DNA from: Rubripirellula sp.
GTDB taxonomy: Bacteria > Planctomycetota > Planctomycetia > Pirellulales > Pirellulaceae
Assembly: GCA_965216875.1 (NCBI GenBank)
Contig: OZ244207.1
Coordinates: forward strand, 5,792,001 to 5,856,000
Direction: 5' to 3'
Length of the DNA stretch: 64,000 bases
Shown here: piece after piece, positions 39,606-50,343 of the stretch
Layout: each line of letters begins with the position of its first letter
Position numbering within the stretch: position 1 is the stretch's first letter
Made by a program: the position numbers and the translations under genes
Notes under the pieces: model-generated
What the model saw: only the letters and a program-made list of their open reading frames with translations
What the model was told of the DNA's origin: nothing
The model's database searches: none

Positions 39606-39746
39606 GTCGCCTTTCGCTCCGCAAAAGTAGCGTCCGCAAACGCAACTCTTGCGGAGCAAAAGGCGACAATGTTGAAGCTCGGCCTCTCCGTGTAGGTCAT
39701 GCTCCGCATGACAATCAATCCACATCTCATGCACAGCATGACCTAC
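39606..39746. repeat. REP cluster (family A palindrome + inverted GTAG-type pair)
   Basis: Family A at 39606-39667; GTAG units at 39692-39712 and inverted at 39726-39746. Confidence 0.85.
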
Positions 39747-40579
39747 GGATTCAGGCTTGGTTGACGCAATGATTCGATTGCATCGGTGATCGCGATCTCT
39801 TGTCGCGTCCGATTGAGAAACAAGCTGACGTGCGAATACCCTGAGTCCGACAAGAGCTTGAGTGCGTCTTCGAAACGATCCGCCACCCGGCCTGGCTCAT
39901 GCGCGTCGGCGCCGAGCGTCACGGGGATCCCACGCTGGCACATCTCGCGGAGCATGCCTGGGAACGGATTCATTTCTGAAATGGTCTTCTTGAGTCCCGA
40001 CGTATTGAGCTCCATCGCCACTCCGGTCGCTGCAATTCGATCGAGTGCTCGACAGATGTCGGGCATGATTCGATCTTGGTCCCAGTTGGAAGCAGTGAAA
40101 TTCTTGATCAAGTCGGGGTGCGAAATTGAATCAAACAACTTCGTTTCCGCGGCGACTGCCAACAGATGGAAATAGAGTCGCTGAACCTCCACTTCATCAG
40201 CTTGCCAATACTTCTCGCGAAACTCGCTTATCTGCGGATGCACTGACCCGAGAACGAAATGGAAGTCGGCGCTGGCCAGTTGCTTTTCAAGATACGCTTC
40301 GTAGCCTTCGAAAAAATCGGCTTCAAGGCCAAGCCGCACATCCACCTTTCCCTTCCACTGATCATGCGCGGTGGCAACAAGATCGACGTATTGGTCAAAC
40401 TCATCCTCGGCCATGCGCACACCGGACGAGAACCCATTGGGCATCGGATTGTGGCACGTGATGATCAACCCACGCAGGCCGCGTTGAGCTGCGACGGCGG
40501 CCAAATCGGTAGGATTCCCAATCGCATGTTTGCAAAGTGGAGTATGTGAATGTGACTCGTAAAGGACTGGCTCACTCAC
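39743..40579 (-). CDS. Histidinol-phosphatase HisJ family (PHP) protein
   Basis: HSHTPLCKHA, TCH, GLE, GSVH, SHPD, ELNTSG, GADAH. Confidence 0.88.
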   Translation of the reverse strand: MSEPVLYESHSHTPLCKHAIGNPTDLAAVAAQRGLRGLIITCHNPMPNGFSSGVRMAEDEFDQYVDLVATAHDQWKGKVDVRLGLEADFFEGYEAYLEKQLASADFHFVLGSVHPQISEFREKYWQADEVEVQRLYFHLLAVAAETKLFDSISHPDLIKNFTASNWDQDRIMPDICRALDRIAATGVAMELNTSGLKKTISEMNPFPGMLREMCQRGIPVTLGADAHEPGRVADRFEDALKLLSDSGYSHVSLFLNRTRQEIAITDAIESLRQPSLNP

Positions 40580-40798
40580 TGCCTTCTCCGTTGATGACGT
40601 GGCGTTGACACCCAGCGGAACGTTTCAGCGAATCGGCTACGCTCGCACTGGGCGGACTTCAACCACACTACGGCATTTTGCGTTTTTGGACGAGGCGACC
40701 CGAATTGTGGCCCTCAATCCACGCCGCTCCGCCCCCGGTTGTGCTAACGTTCGCACCCCTAGACGATTCGGGTTGACCAGATTGACGGAAACTTCAGA

Positions 40799-41701
40799 GT
40801 GAGCACCAGCGAAATGGAAAAACCAAACATCGCGGCGATCGGCGAAATCCTTTGGGACCTGTTGCCCACCGGCCCAACATTCGGCGGGGCACCTGCAAAC
40901 TTTGCGCATCATGCCGCTGCTCTCGGGGGCCAGGTCGCGATGATAAGCGCCGTCGGAAACGATTCGCTCGGATCGAAAGCCATCGACCAATTGCAAGTCG
41001 CTGGTTTGAACACAGCTCACGTGCAAGTGATCGATGGCAAAAACACCGGCGCGGTCGACGTCGAAATCGATGGCGCGGGCAACGCCACGTACTCATTCCG
41101 TCATGACGAAGCCTGGGACCATCTTGGCTGGAACGAGCAACTTGAGAAGCTTGCCAGCGAAGTCGATGCCGTCTGCTTCGGAACGCTCGCCCAACGCGGT
41201 GACGTTACGCGCGAGACGATTAAGACCTTCCTTGAAAAGACACCGTCGTCGGCCCTCAAAATCTTTGACGTCAACCTACGCCCCCCTTTTGACGACGACG
41301 CACTGATTGACGCGTCACTGAAACTCACCGATGTTCTCAAACTCAACGACGAAGAGCTCTCGCGCCTAGCCACGACCCACGCCATTGACGGCGATGAAGT
41401 GACTCAAGCCAAGCGACTCGCTGAAATGTTTCAGCTACGTTTGGTCGCCGTCACTCGAGGTGAACGTGGTGGCTTGCTGGTCTGTGGTGACGACGTCAGC
41501 GAGATGGATGCGCTTCCGGTACCGATCGAAGACACCGTGGGTGCCGGCGATTCGTTTTCTGCGGCACTCACACTCGGCATCCTCCATGGCGTCGACCTTG
41601 ATGAGATCAACCAATACGCATGTCGAATTGCAGAATTCGTTTGTTCGCAGTCCGGCGCGACGCCTGAACTGCCCGACACTCTGAAGTCAGGTTGGTTATA
41701 G
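40799..41701 (+). CDS. PfkB-family carbohydrate kinase (fructokinase-like)
   Basis: [35 protein letters not shown]. Confidence 0.92.
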   Translation: MSTSEMEKPNIAAIGEILWDLLPTGPTFGGAPANFAHHAAALGGQVAMISAVGNDSLGSKAIDQLQVAGLNTAHVQVIDGKNTGAVDVEIDGAGNATYSFRHDEAWDHLGWNEQLEKLASEVDAVCFGTLAQRGDVTRETIKTFLEKTPSSALKIFDVNLRPPFDDDALIDASLKLTDVLKLNDEELSRLATTHAIDGDEVTQAKRLAEMFQLRLVAVTRGERGGLLVCGDDVSEMDALPVPIEDTVGAGDSFSAALTLGILHGVDLDEINQYACRIAEFVCSQSGATPELPDTLKSGWL

Positions 41702-41774
41702 ACGATCGCTCAGTGGCCAGAACGCGATGGAGAGATCCGGCACGAGTTATAATCGCACCCTCAAGTCGCTCATC

Positions 41775-43274
41775 ATGAAGGCCTTCGCCATGAACCCTAC
41801 TCACCGCTCTGTTACCCTTGGACTGCTGTCGACCGTCATCGCAATCGTTTGCTCGATGAGCGATCTGCGAGCCGAAAACGAGCAGCCACCCAACGTCTTG
41901 TTCATTGCGGTGGACGACCTGTCGTGTGCGCTAGGCTGCTACGGCGATGTGATTGCGAAGACCCCCAACATTGACCGCCTGGCGGCAAGTGGTGTTCGCT
42001 TCCATCGTGCCTATAACCAGTTGCCACTCTGCAATCCAACCCGCGCGTCCATCATGACCGGGCTTCGTCCCGATCGGATACAAGTCTACGACCTTGATCG
42101 CCACTTTCGTGACGAGGTGCCTGACGTGGTCACGCTCTCGCAAGCCTTTCAAAAACAGGACTATTTTGCGGCGCGCGTGGGAAAGATCTATCACTACAAC
42201 GTCCCGGCATCGATCGGCACGGATGGTTTTGATGACCCTCCGTCTTGGAACCAAACCGTCAATCCAATTGGGCGCGACAAATCGGACGAGCATTTGATTT
42301 TCAACGCCGAGCCGCATCGCAAGATCAGCGCTGCACTCAGTTGGCTTGCGGCTGACGGCTCGGATGAAGAACAAACCGACGGCATGATTGCCTCCGAAGC
42401 GATTCGGATCATGCGTGAAAAGAAAGACGAACCGTTCTTTCTAGGCGTCGGCTTCTTTCGTCCTCATACGCCCTACGTCGCGCCAAAGAAGTACTTTGAC
42501 ATGTACCCGGCCGATCAAATGCGACTGCCTTTCGCACCCGATGGTGACCGCGATGACATCCCCACCGCAGCGTTTGCGCACAACTGTCCCATTCCCCACT
42601 ACAACCTCGACGAGCCAACTTTGCTCAAAGCCACTCAAGCCTACTACGCTTGCGTTTCGTTCATTGACGCGCAAGTGGGCCGGTTGCTCGATGCGCTCGA
42701 CCAGATCGGAATCGCCGATCAAACAATCGTCGTCTTCTGGAGTGACCATGGCTACCACCTGGGCGAACACAACGGGATTTGGCAGAAGCGAACGTTGTTC
42801 GAAGAAGGTGCCCGAGCACCTTTGATCATTCGCGCGTCCGGACGCAGCGGTAACGGCACCGCGTGCACTCGCATCGTCGAATTCGTCGATCTATATCCAA
42901 CGCTGACGGAATTGGCGGGAGTCGAAGCACCGAGCGATCTCGACGGTCGCAGTTTGCTACCACTTCTCGACGACCCCCTTACTCAGTGGAACAGTTACGC
43001 AATCACGCAAGTGTTGCGTCCCGCTGACCAGAGGCTAACCCACCAAGTAATGGGGTGCAGCATACGTACACAACGTTACCGTTACACCGAATGGGATCGC
43101 GGCAAGGAAGGGATCGAACTGTACGACCACCATGCTGACCCGAACGAATTCAACAATCTGGCAGTGGATCCAACTGGCGAATCAAAGCGTGTGATCGATT
43201 CGCTACGCCCGATCTTGCGCGCAAAGACACCCGGCATGAAGCAAGCGACGCCTGTCAATCCAGCCCGCCTGTAG
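41775..43274 (+). CDS. Sulfatase (iduronate-2-sulfatase-like subfamily)
   Basis: [36 protein letters not shown]. Confidence 0.9.
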   Translation: MKAFAMNPTHRSVTLGLLSTVIAIVCSMSDLRAENEQPPNVLFIAVDDLSCALGCYGDVIAKTPNIDRLAASGVRFHRAYNQLPLCNPTRASIMTGLRPDRIQVYDLDRHFRDEVPDVVTLSQAFQKQDYFAARVGKIYHYNVPASIGTDGFDDPPSWNQTVNPIGRDKSDEHLIFNAEPHRKISAALSWLAADGSDEEQTDGMIASEAIRIMREKKDEPFFLGVGFFRPHTPYVAPKKYFDMYPADQMRLPFAPDGDRDDIPTAAFAHNCPIPHYNLDEPTLLKATQAYYACVSFIDAQVGRLLDALDQIGIADQTIVVFWSDHGYHLGEHNGIWQKRTLFEEGARAPLIIRASGRSGNGTACTRIVEFVDLYPTLTELAGVEAPSDLDGRSLLPLLDDPLTQWNSYAITQVLRPADQRLTHQVMGCSIRTQRYRYTEWDRGKEGIELYDHHADPNEFNNLAVDPTGESKRVIDSLRPILRAKTPGMKQATPVNPARL

Positions 43275-43525
43275 TGTTAAGAAAGCTTCATCAAGTCTAA
43301 GCACGACGCTGGTGTCGTGAGATTTATTCGCATGCGTCAAAGACATTGGGATCTGTCACACTTTGCGGAACGTCTTCTCAAACCGCGGTAGCCCGCAAAT
43401 CGCTTTACCAACGCATGGGATCGTGCGCAAGCTTGGTGCACAATATTCGCAACGTCACGGAAGACTTGAACGGACGGTGGAAACTCGACCGTAGGCACAC
43501 GGCACCATCTCCGCATGAGGAATAG

Positions 43526-45154
43526 ATGCTCGATTCGCAAACCGAAGAGATTCAACGGCACACGAATCATTCGTTGCAGTTAACACGTTTCGCGGTTGAT
43601 GCTGCCGCAGAGGCGATGTTCACGATTCACCCCGACGGCCGCATTCTTGATGCAAACGCGGCTGCGTGTGAACGTCTCGAGTACACGCACGAAGAGATGA
43701 CTTCGATGACGGTCGCGGATGTCGACCCTCACTACCCATCAGAACTGTGGCCCTCTCACGTCGAAGAGCTTCGAAAGAATCGCGAGATGACTTTCGAAAC
43801 TCAGCATCGCTCCAAAAGCAATCGCATCTACGATGTCGAAGTCTCCGTCGCCTACTTCAAATTCGAAGGCGTTGAATACTTGTGTGCGTTCGTGCGTGAC
43901 ATCACGGCGCGTAAACAGGCCGAACACTTACTGAGGATGCAACACGATGTGCTGGCCAAAGTCGCATCAACAGCTGGCTATTTAAGCGAAACCTTGGACG
44001 AGCTGTGTCGCCTGGTCGAAGAGATCATGCCAGGTGCCTACGCCACCATCATGCTGCTCGACCCAGCCGACGGCCAATTGCGTTTTGAAGCTGGCCCGCG
44101 ACTCAGTGATGAGATGAAGGCCGAGGTCGAACCACTCACGCCTAGTGAAAACTCTGGCTCATGCGCCGCTGCCGTCTTCCTGAAGCGCCCCGTGATTGTC
44201 GAAGACACGCGATCGAGCAAACATTGGAGTGGGCTGAGAGCGTTTGTCGAAAAATACAAGATCCAATCGAGCTGGTCCGTTCCCATCTTGGATGAACGTG
44301 ATCAAACACTCGGCACGTTCGCCTTGACGCATCAATCGACGTTGCAGCAAACTCCTTTCCATCATCAAGTCCTCGAAACCGCGACGCACTTGGCGAGCAT
44401 CGCGATTCGGCGTCAACGCTTTGAGGAACAACTCCAAACGGCGCATGACGAACTGGCACACATTGGCCGGTTGCACACGATCGGCGAGTTGGCGTCGAGT
44501 TTGGCCCACGAGCTCAACCAACCTCTTTCCGCGATCGTCAATCGCGCCTATGCCCTCGAACAACTCTCCGGTGGCGATGGCGAAATCAAGTCCGTCGAGC
44601 GTGATCACATCACCGAGATCGCCTCGCAATCGCTGCGCGCCGCCGACATCGTTCGAAGCGTTCGTGGGCTGGCCCAAAAACACGCGCCGGTCCGCGAATC
44701 GGTCTGTCTCAATGACGTCGTTGCCCATTCGCTCGAATTGCTTGAACCTGAGCTTCGCAATCGTAGCACGGTGCTTCAACAAAACCTCCAACACGATTTG
44801 CCCGCCGTCTCCCTCGACAGCGTGCAGATTCAACAGATCATGGTCAACTTGGTGCGCAACGCCATCGAGGCCATGCAATCTTGCCAACGCGACAACCGCG
44901 TGCTGACCATCGAAACCGCAAGAGTGTCGGACGACGAAGTTTGCCTGCGAGTGATTGATAGCGGGTCTGGCATTGACCCCAAACTTTCGGAACGCATCTT
45001 CGAACCGTTCCAAACCACCAAGCCCCAAGGGATGGGAATGGGGCTTGCCATCTGTCGGTCAATCGCCGAATCACACCTCGGACGCCTCGTCGCGTGCTGC
45101 GATAACCAGAGGACTTGTTTTTGCCTGACGCTTCCCATCAATGTTGAAACGTAG
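43526..45154 (+). CDS. Cytoplasmic PAS-GAF sensor histidine kinase
   Basis: PAS/PAC ending RDITARK; GAF; LAHELNQPL H-box; NLVRNA, DSGSG, GMGMGL. Confidence 0.92.
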   Translation: MLDSQTEEIQRHTNHSLQLTRFAVDAAAEAMFTIHPDGRILDANAAACERLEYTHEEMTSMTVADVDPHYPSELWPSHVEELRKNREMTFETQHRSKSNRIYDVEVSVAYFKFEGVEYLCAFVRDITARKQAEHLLRMQHDVLAKVASTAGYLSETLDELCRLVEEIMPGAYATIMLLDPADGQLRFEAGPRLSDEMKAEVEPLTPSENSGSCAAAVFLKRPVIVEDTRSSKHWSGLRAFVEKYKIQSSWSVPILDERDQTLGTFALTHQSTLQQTPFHHQVLETATHLASIAIRRQRFEEQLQTAHDELAHIGRLHTIGELASSLAHELNQPLSAIVNRAYALEQLSGGDGEIKSVERDHITEIASQSLRAADIVRSVRGLAQKHAPVRESVCLNDVVAHSLELLEPELRNRSTVLQQNLQHDLPAVSLDSVQIQQIMVNLVRNAIEAMQSCQRDNRVLTIETARVSDDEVCLRVIDSGSGIDPKLSERIFEPFQTTKPQGMGMGLAICRSIAESHLGRLVACCDNQRTCFCLTLPINVET

Positions 45155-45156
45155 GC

Positions 45157-45531
45157 ATGACGAAACTAAGCCAAGATGCACTTGTCTGTGTCATCGACGA
45201 TGACAAAGCGGTTCGAGATTCCTTGCTCGTGGTCGTTGGCACCCTCGGCTGCCAAGTCCAAGGGTTCGAAAGCGCCGAAGCCTTCCTCGATAGCGGAGCG
45301 ATTAATTCCGCCGGCTTTCTGATCGTCGACGTTCGCCTTCCTGGCATGAGCGGCCTGGAACTACTCGAAAAGCTGGTGGCGGACCAAAAGACGCCACCTT
45401 GTGCCATCAACACGGGACACGCCGACTCGCTCGATATCTCTTTGGACGCTTGGCCAAACGCCATCTGTGTGATGGCCAAACCCTGCATGCCCGATCAGCT
45501 GCTGCAGGTGATTCGAAACGCATTCGTTTAG
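45157..45531 (+). CDS. Single-domain response regulator (FixJ-like receiver only)
   Basis: IDDD, VDVRLPGMSG, TGH, KP; no output domain. Confidence 0.85.
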   Translation: MTKLSQDALVCVIDDDKAVRDSLLVVVGTLGCQVQGFESAEAFLDSGAINSAGFLIVDVRLPGMSGLELLEKLVADQKTPPCAINTGHADSLDISLDAWPNAICVMAKPCMPDQLLQVIRNAFV

Positions 45532-45554
45532 TAGATCGACGCCGTTTCGCACAC

Positions 45555-47834
45555 TCACGCAGCGCGGCGGTTTTCCAAGTTGTCGATTCGTGCCTGGTGT
45601 TGGTGAATCTGGTCGACCGCTTGTCGCTGCTCGATCAAACGCATCGCTTCGACCGCCTCCAATTGCCGTGTCAAACGCTCGACTTGTTCTTCCGTGGCAA
45701 TCTCAAGCCAAGCTTCCTTGGCGCTTTGATCGCGACCACCAACCTGTTTTCGCAGCGCCGATTGAGCCTTCCGTCGTGCGACCGCTTCCTTGCGAAGTCG
45801 ATCGCGGAGTGTGGCAACATCACGAACCGTATTGAGATGCACGATCTTCGACTGCACAGAATCGTCGACCGACAACAGCGTTTCGACCTCGTTGGACAAC
45901 TCCGTCACCCGCAACCGCAGGTGCTTGACTTGTCCCCTCAGCGTGTCGCGTTCTGTCTGTGCGGCGTCCAATTGCACGTCCGCTGATGCACGACGATCAA
46001 TTTCATCGTGCAACCGTTCGTGAAGCGTGGTGCGCAGCGTCTTGTGCATTTGCAACAACTGCTCGCTGCGGCGGTGCGCCTCGTCAGATGACGCCTCGCA
46101 TCGCCTCGCGATCACACTGGCACGTTCCAATTCAGATCGTAGCTGCTCACATCGCTGCTCTCGTTCATCATTCAGCAACTGAAGCTGTCGCAATTCCGTT
46201 TCGTGGGCCTTCGTCTGTTGCTTGAGGTCCGACCGTAGCTGCTGGGCCTCGCGACGAGTGCGTGCAAGTTGCCCCGTTGTCGCGTCTTGTGACTTGACCA
46301 AGTCGGCAAAACGTCGCTGAACCACTTCCGCGGCATCGCTAGCCTCTTGCGTCTCGCGGCGATGTTCGTCCTCACGCTGTGTTGCTTCGTCATTTGCGGA
46401 TTGCAACTCGTCGCGCAACTGACGAATCATTTCGTCGCGTTTCTCGAGACTCGCTTGCTGTTTGGCACTGTTCGCCTCTTCCGCTTTTTGGCGAACCACA
46501 AACTGTCCTTTGTTCGCAATGTGTTTGTGCAGCAGATCGGCAATTTGATCTGTCTGCGAGTCACACTTCTTTTGCAACAATCCGAGCTGCTGACTCAGCG
46601 CGTCCTTCTCTTGTCGCACGTGCTCCGCTTCGCAATGGGTTTCGTGCTGAAGACGCTGAGCCTCTTCTCGAAGCCGACTCGCCTCTTCCGATCGGCTCGC
46701 TTCCATCGCTGCGACCCGTTCTTCGCCGCGGCGCGCGAGTTCTTCGCAATCAAGGCGATGACTCTCCGCCTGGGAATTCAGTTTTGACTCGAGCATTTCG
46801 ATCGTTGCCTGACGCTGAATCAACTGACGCTGCGCATCGTCGGCGTTGCAGCGGGTCGAGTCCGCTTCTGCCAGCGCCACCGCCAACTGTTCCTTCAAAC
46901 CCTCGCTTGCCGCCCGCTCATCTTCAATCTGCAACTGGTGATCGCGAACGACCTCGTAGATTTGAGCCTTTGCCTCTTCGGCCGCTTGGGCGAGTGCTTG
47001 CTCATGTTGTAACGCTTGCTCGCGTTCCCGTTCATATGCTTCACGAAGGTCGTCTTGTTCGGCTAGGCGCTGCTCGAGTAGTTTCCCGGCCGACGTCAAG
47101 CGTCTGACCTGTTCTTGATGATCGGCGAGCATCGACTCCACATCCTGGGCGTGCACATCAGCGATCGCGCCGAGTTCGCGATCCGCTGCGTCCAAGTCGC
47201 TTTGTCGTTGCTCAGCTTGCTTGCGGCTCGCATGCAGCGATTGAACCAACGTCGCTACTTGCGACTTGTACTTGCGATCGAGCTCGTCCACGATCGCTTG
47301 ATGCTCTTCATCGCGCTGTCGCTGTGTTTCAACGTGTTCCGATTCGATTTGTCCAATCTGCGATTGCAGTCGGCGGATCATCAAGTCACGATCCTGCTGA
47401 CCGCCGATCGCCTTTTCAAGTTGCTCGATCAGAACACGGACTTCGACCGAGTGATCCTGTTCGGCGATCTGCTTCTCTTCCTCAAGCTGATCATAGGCCT
47501 CGAGAGTCAGTGCCAACTCATGATCTTTTCTCTCGAGTAGCGTCTCGGCCCGTGTCAGGGACTCTTCGATCGACGCAGTCACAGCGATCAAGTCGGCTAG
47601 CTCCAACGAATGCTCGATCGTCGATGAAACAATCGCGTGTTGGTGCTTCTCCTTCATCCGCTCGATCAAAGGCGGTACCCGCAGCATCTGCTCCCGACGC
47701 TGCTCTGCCAAAGATTCCTGCAACGCGACCTTGCGATGCAAATGCACAATCTCTCGCTGTGCTGATCCGGTCGTCCCAGTCAAACCACCATCGGCACCAG
47801 ATGCCGCTTCGCGTTCGCCGTTAAGCCACCACAT
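45555..47834 (-). CDS. Long coiled-coil hypothetical protein
   Basis: 759-aa E/Q/R/A/L-rich ORF with heptad character; no ATPase motif or TM helix seen. Confidence 0.75.
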   Translation of the reverse strand: MWWLNGEREAASGADGGLTGTTGSAQREIVHLHRKVALQESLAEQRREQMLRVPPLIERMKEKHQHAIVSSTIEHSLELADLIAVTASIEESLTRAETLLERKDHELALTLEAYDQLEEEKQIAEQDHSVEVRVLIEQLEKAIGGQQDRDLMIRRLQSQIGQIESEHVETQRQRDEEHQAIVDELDRKYKSQVATLVQSLHASRKQAEQRQSDLDAADRELGAIADVHAQDVESMLADHQEQVRRLTSAGKLLEQRLAEQDDLREAYEREREQALQHEQALAQAAEEAKAQIYEVVRDHQLQIEDERAASEGLKEQLAVALAEADSTRCNADDAQRQLIQRQATIEMLESKLNSQAESHRLDCEELARRGEERVAAMEASRSEEASRLREEAQRLQHETHCEAEHVRQEKDALSQQLGLLQKKCDSQTDQIADLLHKHIANKGQFVVRQKAEEANSAKQQASLEKRDEMIRQLRDELQSANDEATQREDEHRRETQEASDAAEVVQRRFADLVKSQDATTGQLARTRREAQQLRSDLKQQTKAHETELRQLQLLNDEREQRCEQLRSELERASVIARRCEASSDEAHRRSEQLLQMHKTLRTTLHERLHDEIDRRASADVQLDAAQTERDTLRGQVKHLRLRVTELSNEVETLLSVDDSVQSKIVHLNTVRDVATLRDRLRKEAVARRKAQSALRKQVGGRDQSAKEAWLEIATEEQVERLTRQLEAVEAMRLIEQRQAVDQIHQHQARIDNLENRRAA

Positions 47835-48043
47835 TTCTTCTTTCCCAATCGACCGTCGTGTGCGCAGTTCGCTCTAGTCTCGATCGGCCCCTCAAATCAT
47901 GAGCCTTGAGAAGAAGTGGGCGCTGTGAACAGCTTGACGTCACTTGCACGACGATCTGGCTACAATTGGCAATACTCAGCTTCGCGTGCTTATCCAAACC
48001 CCTCACTTTTGCCCCGGTTTTGTATTCGCCGAGCTTCAACATG

Positions 48044-48105
48044 GTCGCCTTTCGCTCCGCGAAAGCAGCGTTCGCAAACGCAGCTTTTGAGAAACAAAAG
48101 GCGAC
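48044..48105. repeat. REP-like palindrome (family A, degenerate)
   Basis: GTCGCCTTTCGCTCCGCGAAAG...CAAAAGGCGAC. Confidence 0.8.
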
Positions 48106-48166
48106 TATCTCCGTGGCTTGACCGCTGGAATGACCCTCCCTTGGTTCGCTAGCAATTGATGGCAAC

Positions 48167-48838
48167 ATGCTTGACCACCCCATCTATCATGCGATCCTCG
48201 ACGATCCGGACAACGACCAACTGAGGCTCGTCCTTGCCGACTGGCTCGACGAACAAGGTGACCCGCGCGGCGAGTTCATTCGTGTCCAGGTTTCGATCTC
48301 GGACGCCCAGGCAAAGAACGAACCTGTCGACCAGGACCTTAGGCATCGCGCCGACAAACTCTTTGCGGACCACCGTGATCGATGGCGGCGACAGCTTGAG
48401 CAAGAGTTCAAGTCCCAATGCAAGGCAGCCGCGCTGACCAGCAAGAACGTCCTGCGACATGTTCTCTATTACCGCGGCTTCGCCAGTTGGATCGGAACGG
48501 ACATTCAAACCTGGAATCAATACGGACGTGTGCTCATCAAGTCATCACCGTGGCAATACCTTCGACTCTCAGGCTACCCGGTTGATCAAAACCGCGACAT
48601 CGAAGCCGATGCGATGACACACATTCGAACATTGACGGTGAATTCATCCGAGCAATACGCGCCTTCCTGGGAAACGTTTCTTCGTTCTCCAAACCTTTCG
48701 AAGCTTGAACGACTGGTCATTCAAACGGCAACGGACGTCTCATTCGGACACCTTGTTCGTTCGCTACGCAGTGAAGGGGCACTGAGCGGCCTGACTCATT
48801 TCAGCATTAACAGCAAGAGCATCGATCTCAATTCGTAG
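48167..48838 (+). CDS. TIGR02996 domain protein with short LRR tail
   Basis: AILDDPDNDQLRLVLADWLDEQGDPRGEFIRVQ; YRGF; SPNLSKLERL. Confidence 0.85.
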   Translation: MLDHPIYHAILDDPDNDQLRLVLADWLDEQGDPRGEFIRVQVSISDAQAKNEPVDQDLRHRADKLFADHRDRWRRQLEQEFKSQCKAAALTSKNVLRHVLYYRGFASWIGTDIQTWNQYGRVLIKSSPWQYLRLSGYPVDQNRDIEADAMTHIRTLTVNSSEQYAPSWETFLRSPNLSKLERLVIQTATDVSFGHLVRSLRSEGALSGLTHFSINSKSIDLNS

Positions 48839-48850
48839 GACAGAGTAAAC

Positions 48851-50248
48851 ATGCCCAATCAACCACCGACGAAACTGCTCGCGATCGTTTTCGCTTTCGC
48901 AGTGCTTCACACATCAACCACAGTGATCGCTGCTCCGCCGAGCCGACCCAACATCGTCGTGATCATGGCAGACGATCTCGGTTGGATGGACTTGCACTGC
49001 CAAGGAAACGACGCACTCGACACGCCCCGCCTTGACCACCTGGCAAGCGAAGGGATGCGTTTCACCAGCGCCTACGCCGCCTCACCTGTTTGCACGCCGA
49101 CACGTGCCGCAATGATGACCGGTATGTCACCGGCGCGGCTAGCGATCACCAATCATGCTCCTGGCAATCCGGACCATGTTTCGCCCAAGACGAAACTCAA
49201 AGGAGCGGATTGGACGACGTACCTTTCGCTGGACCACACGACGATCGCGGAACGACTCGGTAGTGCCGGTTACGCGACCGGTTTCATCGGCAAATGGCAC
49301 CTTTCCCATCGACCCGGCAAAGACGACGACGGCCCTTTTGAACCTCGATTGCGACCCGAACACCAAGGCTTTGATTTGAACATTGGCGGCTGCCGGTTTG
49401 GAGGACCGCCGAGCTACTTCGAACCCTACAAGATCCCCAACATCACACCGCGCAAAGAAGGCGACTACCTTCCCGAACGACTTGCCGATGAATCGATCGC
49501 GTTCATCAACAACAACGCTACAGCGAACCAACCTTTCTACCTGTGCTTTTGGAACTACTCCGTCCACTACCCGATTCAGGCTCCTGAGCACTTGATCGAA
49601 AAATACAAAGCGCGCGGTGGCGTACCGAATCCTGCCTATGCGGCGATGATCGAAGGGATGGACACGGCGATCGGACGAGTCATTGATGCCATTGATGATG
49701 CCGGAATCGCCAACGACACCTTGATTTTGTTCACGTCCGACAACGGATCGCTCTTTGGCAACCAACCGCTGCGCCGCAACAAAGGGCATCTCTACGAAGG
49801 CGGCATTCGCGTACCCTGGATCGCAAGATGGCCGGGCAAGATTCCTGCCGGCACCACCTGCGACACGCCCGTCATCATCACCGACACGTTCCCAACGATT
49901 CTCGAAGCCGCCGGAATCTCCTTTCCCGCCGGTCGCAAGTGCGACGGCGAAAGCATCCTACCGCTCCTACGCCAATCCGGTGCACTCAAACGCAACGCGA
50001 TCTATTTCCACTACCCCAATTATGCGTTCCACAAACAGAACCGCCTCGGCAGCGCCATCCGCCAAGGCAAGTACAAATTGATCCGCTGGTACGATGACGA
50101 TTCCATCGAACTCTACGACCTGGCAAAGGACATTGGCGAGACGCAGAACCTCGCCAGCGAGCAACCCGAACTGGCCCAAAAACTGAGGACTAAGCTCGAA
50201 ACCTGGTTAGACGAATCGGCCGCCAAAGCGCCCACGCGAGTCCAATAG
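48851..50248 (+). CDS. Sulfatase (Cys-type)
   Basis: PNIVVIMADDLG, CTPTR, GKWHL, SDNG, YEGGIRVP. Confidence 0.92.
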   Translation: MPNQPPTKLLAIVFAFAVLHTSTTVIAAPPSRPNIVVIMADDLGWMDLHCQGNDALDTPRLDHLASEGMRFTSAYAASPVCTPTRAAMMTGMSPARLAITNHAPGNPDHVSPKTKLKGADWTTYLSLDHTTIAERLGSAGYATGFIGKWHLSHRPGKDDDGPFEPRLRPEHQGFDLNIGGCRFGGPPSYFEPYKIPNITPRKEGDYLPERLADESIAFINNNATANQPFYLCFWNYSVHYPIQAPEHLIEKYKARGGVPNPAYAAMIEGMDTAIGRVIDAIDDAGIANDTLILFTSDNGSLFGNQPLRRNKGHLYEGGIRVPWIARWPGKIPAGTTCDTPVIITDTFPTILEAAGISFPAGRKCDGESILPLLRQSGALKRNAIYFHYPNYAFHKQNRLGSAIRQGKYKLIRWYDDDSIELYDLAKDIGETQNLASEQPELAQKLRTKLETWLDESAAKAPTRVQ

Positions 50249-50343
50249 CGCGGCCCGAATCCAATAGCGAGGCCCGAGTCATTCGTGCAATTCGTTCCAT
50301 TCGTGGTTGCCGCCTTTTCTCATTTCCCAGGCCGTCACAACCA

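Noticed and set aside
50240..50280. 19-bp tandem duplication at the sulfatase stop
   Set aside because: Two copies only; probably local slippage.
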